The position numbers and the translations under genes were made by a program. Below, in pieces: positions 33,927 through 39,326 of a stretch of DNA of 39,326 nt. Location of the stretch: positions 1 to 39,326 of the forward strand of contig JAGXSW010000068.1 of NCBI GenBank assembly GCA_018333715.1. The letters run 5' to 3'. Under the pieces are notes generated by a model. It was not told the DNA's origin. It worked only from the letters and a program-made list of their open reading frames with translations, and ran no database searches. The DNA comes from Syntrophaceae bacterium. GTDB lineage: Bacteria; Desulfobacterota; BSN033; UBA1163. Numbering within the stretch: the stretch's first letter is position 1; each line of letters starts with the position of its first letter.

Positions 33927-35393
33927 ATGAGGATAACAAAAAAGGCTACCTCTAATAATGTCATTCCTGCGAAAGCAGGAATCAAGAAATTTTTGAAATC
34001 ACTGGACTCCCGCCTGTGCGAGTGTGGCAAATTGATAATTATTAGAGGTTCCCAAAAGAGAATCTGGCTGGGGATAGCGATCCTTTTCCCAATCATCGTG
34101 GGAATACCCATCGTCGTCCAGGCGGCAGTCGAGGACATCCTCTCGCACTTTCAGGTCTATGTGACGGCCCAGGAAGAATATAACAGTAATATCGACCTGA
34201 GGCCGAACCGATTTAAAAGGGACGATTTTATTACCACGATCTCTCCCGGGATAAGATTTTCCACAACACCCAAATCACCTGTGACGGGTGAATTCAGGCA
34301 GACCCCCACTGCTGAAGAAAGGTATGGCGTGGATCTCGACTTCCGGGCGGGATTCGTCTTTTATGCCAAAGAACATGATGACAATTATATCAGTCTTAAC
34401 GGAACGCTCAACGGTTGGTATACATTCACCCGAAATTTAACTTTCCGGGTGAGGGACTACCTGATTCGGTCCGATGAAATAAGAGAAACGGACTTGTCTG
34501 CCAGTGCGCTGCCGGGCCAAACTCTTCTTGCGAGAACCAACCGGAGAGAGCCCTATTACCGAAATGTCTTTGAACCTTCCCTGGAATATCGGTTTGGGAG
34601 AGAAAACCTTGTTGCCGTTAACTACCGAAACAGCATCTACAGGATTAAGAGCCGGACCGCTGAAGACAGCACGGAAAACTATTTCAATCCCAGGGTCGCC
34701 TATTGGTTCAATGTCAGACATGGCGTCTCCTTTGAATATGGCCTGTCACTCGGAGATTTCCAGCGATCCCCCGATTTGGTAGGGCATATGGCGATGGGCC
34801 GTTATACCTATCGTTTTAATCCGAGGACTTCGGTCTTCGGGGAATATACTTATTTAACCCGTGATTTTGAATCGCCTTCGATTGGCTATGATGTCCATCG
34901 ACCGAGCCTTGGGATTGACCATGCTTTCAGTCCGACATTGAGCGGAAGGGGACAGGCGGGGCACTTCTGGCAAAACCCGGAGAGAGGTTCCACCACCCGT
35001 GGGTTCTTTTATGATGCAAGCCTCTCGAAGCGTGGAGATAAGACCACCTATGCTCTCTCTTTTCAGGGAGGATATACAGAGGTTTATTTTGCTGCTGAGA
35101 ATCTTGGTTTTATAAAAAACCATCGAGTAACTGGGAGTATCACTCACCAACTTCTACAAAGGATGTCCGTCGGACTTTATAGCAGTTATGAATGGGCCAA
35201 ATACCCCGGGACCGAGATCGGGTTCAGAACGCCCGTCGATCAAATCTGGGGGGTTGGAGGAAATGCCTCGTATCAGATACTGAGATGGCTTAATCTATCC
35301 CTTGATCTCTCGCACCGGGAGAATCGCTCCAATATTTCAGACAGGGACTATAGCGAATACCGCGGGATGTTAAGAGCAACAGCCACCTATTAA
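33927..35393 (+). CDS. outer-membrane beta-barrel protein, PEP-CTERM/EPS-locus associated, with a repeat-derived insert in its N-terminus
   Basis: Signal peptide KRIWLGIAILFPIIVGIPIVVQA. Alternating beta-strand pattern throughout, with an aromatic C-terminal residue (ATATY). Residues 8-41 are encoded by the repeat at 33949-34048. Confidence 0.8.
   Translation: MRITKKATSNNVIPAKAGIKKFLKSLDSRLCECGKLIIIRGSQKRIWLGIAILFPIIVGIPIVVQAAVEDILSHFQVYVTAQEEYNSNIDLRPNRFKRDDFITTISPGIRFSTTPKSPVTGEFRQTPTAEERYGVDLDFRAGFVFYAKEHDDNYISLNGTLNGWYTFTRNLTFRVRDYLIRSDEIRETDLSASALPGQTLLARTNRREPYYRNVFEPSLEYRFGRENLVAVNYRNSIYRIKSRTAEDSTENYFNPRVAYWFNVRHGVSFEYGLSLGDFQRSPDLVGHMAMGRYTYRFNPRTSVFGEYTYLTRDFESPSIGYDVHRPSLGIDHAFSPTLSGRGQAGHFWQNPERGSTTRGFFYDASLSKRGDKTTYALSFQGGYTEVYFAAENLGFIKNHRVTGSITHQLLQRMSVGLYSSYEWAKYPGTEIGFRTPVDQIWGVGGNASYQILRWLNLSLDLSHRENRSNISDRDYSEYRGMLRATATY
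33949..34048. mobile_element. short MITE-like element with 11-bp perfect terminal inverted repeats inside the coding region
   Basis: CCTCTAATAAT...ATTATTAGAGG. Inner module GTCATTCCTGCGAAAGCAGGAATC is shared with family A and translates as VIPAKAGI. Confidence 0.7.
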
Positions 35394-35403
35394 CACGTGA
35401 GGT

Positions 35404-35451
35404 CCCCTCACCCTCCCCTCTCCCCGTGGGGGAGAGGGAAAGGGTGAGGGG
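35404..35451. repeat. GC-rich palindrome (REP-like intercistronic stem-loop)
   Basis: CCCCTCACCCTCCCCTCTCCCC-GT-GGGGGAGAGGGAAAGGGTGAGGGG. No T-run follows. Confidence 0.7.
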
Positions 35452-35480
35452 CGACTAACGATTTTACGGAGTATAAAACC

Positions 35481-37046
35481 ATGCCCGAACAAACGCCTTT
35501 AAACATTCATGATTACTTAGCCATTGGCCTCCGGAGGAAATGGTACATCCTCATTCCCCTCATCGTCTGTGTTCTGGGTTCTTTTGGGGTCTATAAATAC
35601 CTCCCGAAGGTTTATCAGGCCACCACGCTCATTCTGGTTCAGCCCCAGAGGGTTCCGGAGGCTTATGTCCGTCCGACCGTCACCGAAACGGTGGCGAGCC
35701 GGTTGAACACGATCAGCCAGGAAATCCTGAGCAGAACCAGGCTGGAGCAGGTGATTCTCGAATTCAGCCTTTATCCCGAGATTCGAAACAAAGTCCCGAT
35801 GGAAGGAATGGTCGAAATGATGAGAAGAGCGATCGAGGTCAAAGTTCAGGGAAATCCTCGAAGCGACCGGGACCAGAACTCGTTTTCGATTTCCCACGAA
35901 GGGAGAGATCCCCGGACGGTCATGATGGTGACGAACAAGCTTGCTTCCCTGTTCATTGAAGAGAACCTGAAAGTGAGAGAGTTGCGCGCAGAAGGCACTT
36001 CGGCCTTTATCACCAAAGAGCTCGCGGCCGTGGAGGAGCAACTGAAGAAGAAAGAAGCGGACCTCCGCCTTTTTAGGGAACGAAATATGGGACAGCTTCC
36101 CCAGCAACTCGATGCCAACTTAAGAATCCTTGATCAATTGCAGCAGCAGATTAAAACCACAAGCGAGAATATCCGGGCTGCCGAAGACAGAAACATCGTG
36201 ATTCAGAATCAAATTGAGATGCTGAAAAAACGCGAGCCTGTTCAAACCTCAAGGGAGGTTCCAAGGGATCCTGTCTCGGGGTTGGAAAGTCCGACCGCTG
36301 AGCGGGTTCGCGAGGATTCCCTGGTCGTACAACTGAACCTTCTGAAGAGGGATTTGAACAATGCCCAGTCCAGGTATAAGGAAACCCACCCGGATGTCAT
36401 CGATCTGAAGAAAAAGATAGAAAACCTCGAGCCCAAAGTGAAGGAAATACTGGAAAAGCAGGGAGTGGAGAGAGAAACGCGGGCGAGAGATTTCAGGGTC
36501 CGCCAGGAAGGGGTGATCGTTGGAAACTTGCCTCCGCCCGCGCCGGATCTTGAAACCCAGAGACTCCTCACCCAGTATACGGAGCAGTACAATGCGGCGG
36601 CATTAGAGGCGAAGCGGTTTAGGGAAGAAGAAAAAGGCTTGAAGGATCAAATCAATCTGTATCAACGAAGAATCGAGAATACGCCAAAGCGTGAGCAGGA
36701 ACTGACCCTCTTGACCCGGGATTACGATCTGATGAAGATCAATTACCAGTCTCTCCTGGAAAAAAAAATCCAGGCCCAGTTGGCGGAGAATCTCGAGCGC
36801 AAACAGCAGGGTGAGCAGTTTAAAATCCTGGACCCGGCACGTGTTCCTGTCACCCCGATTCGACCCGATCGGAATAGGATTCTTCTCATAGGAGTTGCCA
36901 TCGGCCTTGCTCTTGGGGTGGGGTTAACCTGGTTTAAAGAAACGATGAATCAGTCTTTCAAAACAGTCTCCGACGTTGAGAGCGAACTTGGATTGACGGT
37001 CCTGGCCGCCATCCCGAATTTAAAAAAAGAAAAGAAAGCCGCCTGA
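35481..37046 (+). CDS. polysaccharide chain-length determinant (Wzz/PCP family, PEP-CTERM-locus type)
   Basis: N-terminal TM segment (KWYILIPLIVCVLGSFGVY), long coiled-coil periplasmic region, C-terminal TM segment (ILLIGVAIGLALGVGLTWF). Confidence 0.88.
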   Translation: MPEQTPLNIHDYLAIGLRRKWYILIPLIVCVLGSFGVYKYLPKVYQATTLILVQPQRVPEAYVRPTVTETVASRLNTISQEILSRTRLEQVILEFSLYPEIRNKVPMEGMVEMMRRAIEVKVQGNPRSDRDQNSFSISHEGRDPRTVMMVTNKLASLFIEENLKVRELRAEGTSAFITKELAAVEEQLKKKEADLRLFRERNMGQLPQQLDANLRILDQLQQQIKTTSENIRAAEDRNIVIQNQIEMLKKREPVQTSREVPRDPVSGLESPTAERVREDSLVVQLNLLKRDLNNAQSRYKETHPDVIDLKKKIENLEPKVKEILEKQGVERETRARDFRVRQEGVIVGNLPPPAPDLETQRLLTQYTEQYNAAALEAKRFREEEKGLKDQINLYQRRIENTPKREQELTLLTRDYDLMKINYQSLLEKKIQAQLAENLERKQQGEQFKILDPARVPVTPIRPDRNRILLIGVAIGLALGVGLTWFKETMNQSFKTVSDVESELGLTVLAAIPNLKKEKKAA

Positions 37047-37051
37047 CCAAG

Positions 37052-37090
37052 CAAATGCTCGCAGAGCGCAAAGCGCAAAGCGAGCATTTG
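37052..37090. repeat. 11-bp perfect stem-loop CAAATGCTCGC-N17-GCGAGCATTTG
   Basis: Read directly. Intercistronic, with no T-run. Confidence 0.6.
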
Positions 37091-37131
37091 AAAATTAGGT
37101 TTTACGCTATGCGCTATGCGAGATTCTGAAA

Positions 37132-38127
37132 ATGTACGAAACTTTTTACGGCTTAAATGAAAATCCATTTAATGTGACGCCGAATCCGGAGTTTATCTTT
37201 CTCGGGAAAAACCACCGGGAAGCCCTGGCTCAGTTGCTTTATGGGGTCAGGGAGAAGAAAGGGTTTATTGTCATAACCGGAGAAGTGGGCACGGGAAAGA
37301 CCACTTTGATTCATTATCTTCTTGAGAAACTGGAGGGAAACAACCATACCAAGACGGCCTTTCTCTTCAACCCCAAATTAACCGTTCATGATTTCATTCA
37401 ATACATACTCAAGGATTTGGGGGTAAGGGTTCAGGGGCAAACGAAGGGCGAACATCTTCATCATCTTCATCGATATTTACTGAACGCTTACCGGAGAGAC
37501 GAGCGGGTGGTTTTGATCGTGGATGAAGCCCAGGGGTTAAACCCGGAACTTCTCGAAGAGATCAGGCTTCTTTCGAACCTCGAGACCTCAAAGTCTAAAT
37601 TGCTTCAAATTGTGCTGGTGGGTCAGCCGGAATTGGATAAGACGCTTTCACGGCCCGGATTTCGTCAACTCCGACAGAGAATCAACCTGCGATACCATCT
37701 GACGCCTCTTTCCGAAAAGGAGACCGGAGAATACATTGAAAAGAGATTGAGAATTGCCGGTTCACATGACCCCATCTTTACGGACCAGGCCATTCGTGAG
37801 ATCTATCGGAGATCAGGCGGAATACCCAGACTCATTAATATCCTGAGTGACAATGCGCTCTTAAATGGCTTTGCCCTCGATCAAAAACAGGTGAATGCAA
37901 AATCAATCAGGGAAGTTTCCGCAGATCTAAAACTTCATCAGGAGTCTCGTCGGGTCTGGCAATGGGTCCTTCTTTGTTTAGCGATCGTGTCCGGATTCAT
38001 CGTTTTCTTTTATTTAAACCAGGAGGGTTACTTATCGCCTCTTTATCATGAGGTCCTCAGGGGATTTGAATCGGTGAAACGAATATGGGTGGATGGATGG
38101 AAACACTTTTCCAATCTCTTTAACTAA
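37132..38127 (+). CDS. ExeA/GspA-like AAA ATPase (PEP-CTERM-locus secretion ATPase type)
   Basis: MYETFYGLNENPFNVTPNPEFIF, Walker A GEVGTGKTT, Walker B VLIVDEAQ, C-terminal TM segment WVLLCLAIVSGFIVFFY. Confidence 0.9.
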   Translation: MYETFYGLNENPFNVTPNPEFIFLGKNHREALAQLLYGVREKKGFIVITGEVGTGKTTLIHYLLEKLEGNNHTKTAFLFNPKLTVHDFIQYILKDLGVRVQGQTKGEHLHHLHRYLLNAYRRDERVVLIVDEAQGLNPELLEEIRLLSNLETSKSKLLQIVLVGQPELDKTLSRPGFRQLRQRINLRYHLTPLSEKETGEYIEKRLRIAGSHDPIFTDQAIREIYRRSGGIPRLINILSDNALLNGFALDQKQVNAKSIREVSADLKLHQESRRVWQWVLLCLAIVSGFIVFFYLNQEGYLSPLYHEVLRGFESVKRIWVDGWKHFSNLFN

Positions 38128-38239
38128 AACGCTATGCGCCTCCTGTTCTCCGTATTCCTGCGAAGAAAGACGAAGGACGGATGCGCTATGCTTGCCCATC
38201 GAAATGTCCCTGTAGGTGGGCGCTTTGCGAGGTTCTGTC

Positions 38240-39076
38240 ATGAGTCGAGTTTATCGCGCCCTTGAAAGAGCAGAAGAAGAGAAAAAGAAGAAACAGGAAG
38301 GGCCCTCAATCAACGTATTTGAGAACATTGAGGTTTTGAAGAAAGAGAAGCCGGTCGTAAAAATCCGTGAGGAGAAGAGAAAGAGTCTGGGGCTTCTCCC
38401 AAGGGAAGAATTCCCGGTGTTGATGGTTTCGCCTCGCTCTTTTGCAGAGGAGGAATTTCGGAAACTGAAGACACAGCTATTTCTTCGTTTGCCGAACCCC
38501 CCTCATTCGATTCTTGTCACCAGCGCCGTTCCCCGGGAGGGGAAGACAATGGTGGCGGTGAACTTAGCAATGGCGATTTCAAAGGAGATTCATAAAAAGG
38601 CCATCCTGATCGATGGCGATCTCCGAAACCCCGGCATTCATCTCGGTAAAAGCCGGACTTCCAAGGGGCTCTCCGACTATCTTTCCGATGGGACTCCCTT
38701 ACCGGAGATTCTTACAAACTCTGAAGCTGAAAACCTTCAAATCATCACCGCAGGAACTCAAACGGCGAAATCCTCGGAATTGATCGGTTCACCAAGAATG
38801 GGGGAGTTTTTAAAAGCCGTTGCCGAATGCGGAAAAAATGCTTATCTCGTGATCGATTCTTCGCCTGTGATTTCCACGACAGAGCCGACGTTGTTGTCAA
38901 GCATGGTGGACGGCATCATTCTCGTCATCATGGCGGACCGAACCCCCAAGGAGTATGTTCAAAGGGCTCTGAAATCCATCGATCGCCAGAAAATCATTGG
39001 AATCGTTTTAAACCAGATCGATGTTAATCCATCGAATCATTACTCGAGGTATTATTACCAATATTACCAAAAATAG
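38240..39076 (+). CDS. BY-kinase type tyrosine autokinase (exopolysaccharide locus)
   Basis: Walker A PREGKT, A-prime ILIDGDLRNP, Walker B LVIDSSPV, C-terminal Tyr cluster YSRYYYQYYQK. ATG 38240 (MSRVYRALERAEEE) preferred over GTG 38216. Confidence 0.9.
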   Translation: MSRVYRALERAEEEKKKKQEGPSINVFENIEVLKKEKPVVKIREEKRKSLGLLPREEFPVLMVSPRSFAEEEFRKLKTQLFLRLPNPPHSILVTSAVPREGKTMVAVNLAMAISKEIHKKAILIDGDLRNPGIHLGKSRTSKGLSDYLSDGTPLPEILTNSEAENLQIITAGTQTAKSSELIGSPRMGEFLKAVAECGKNAYLVIDSSPVISTTEPTLLSSMVDGIILVIMADRTPKEYVQRALKSIDRQKIIGIVLNQIDVNPSNHYSRYYYQYYQK

Positions 39077-39326
39077 CGTATTCATAAATTTTGAGTTTTA
39101 AGTTTTGAATAGAAAAAGTAGACTCAACATTTATAATTTAACATTAAACCCACCTTCCGGAAACTATGGTGCAACTGATTGATATAATTAAGTTGTCTTT
39201 TTATTTTTATGGACTACATTATCATTTTCGGCATTTTGATTTCCAGTTTGTCCAGCAAATCCTTCTGCTGGAAGTTAAGTGCCACGGGTTTCCGTACGCT
39301 TTTTCCTGAAAGGCGATCTCTCAGGG

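Noticed and set aside
39077-39326. Possible partial genes at the right edge: plus-strand MDYIIIFGILISS... from 39210, or a minus-strand C-terminus ...KDLLDKLEIKMPKMIM
   Set aside because: Both frames are open for only about 40 codons and the window ends. Neither the strand nor coding status can be decided.

Overview
Bacterial chromosomal window with a conserved housekeeping core between two accessory or regulatory flanks. All protein calls come from reading motifs in the supplied translations; no database search was possible.

Core (about 7.6-25.5 kb): rimP-nusA-ylxR-infB-DUF503-rbfA-truB-rpsO-pnp, then an M16 peptidase, dut, xerD, a DHH/DHHA1-CBS-nucleotidyltransferase fusion, scpA, sppA, and a convergent family-4 uracil-DNA glycosylase.

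Left flank (0.5-7.5 kb): a DUF4124 secreted protein behind a consensus sigma-54 promoter, and three PilZ-only paralogues. Two of the PilZ genes are packed tightly behind a 639-aa multidomain protein. Its C-terminus carries an exact endonuclease-III-type C-X6-C-X2-C-X5-C iron-sulfur loop with a degenerate helix-hairpin-helix. An HNH endonuclease, a HIT hydrolase and a LapA-domain protein follow.

Right flank (25.7-39.1 kb) is a dense regulatory block:
- a REC-histidine kinase;
- an NtrC-type regulator broken by a 1-nt indel in an A6 run;
- an atypical receiver fused to a degenerate GGDEF that keeps an RxxD I-site;
- a second atypical receiver;
- a GAF-type sigma-54 activator;
- a sensorless sigma-54 activator.

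The sensorless activator has its own consensus sigma-54 promoter and is translationally coupled to a PEP-CTERM/exosortase-type exopolysaccharide export module: Wza-like exporter, OM beta-barrel, Wzz-like chain-length determinant, ExeA-like ATPase, BY-kinase.

Nearly every intergenic spacer over 100 bp is filled by members of several short repeat families. One family is a 130-146 bp MITE with terminal inverted repeats and 7-bp target-site duplications. Filled and empty paralogous sites for it are both present in this window.

No rRNA, tRNA, CRISPR array or transposase gene was recognised. The lineage cannot be assigned from sequence alone.
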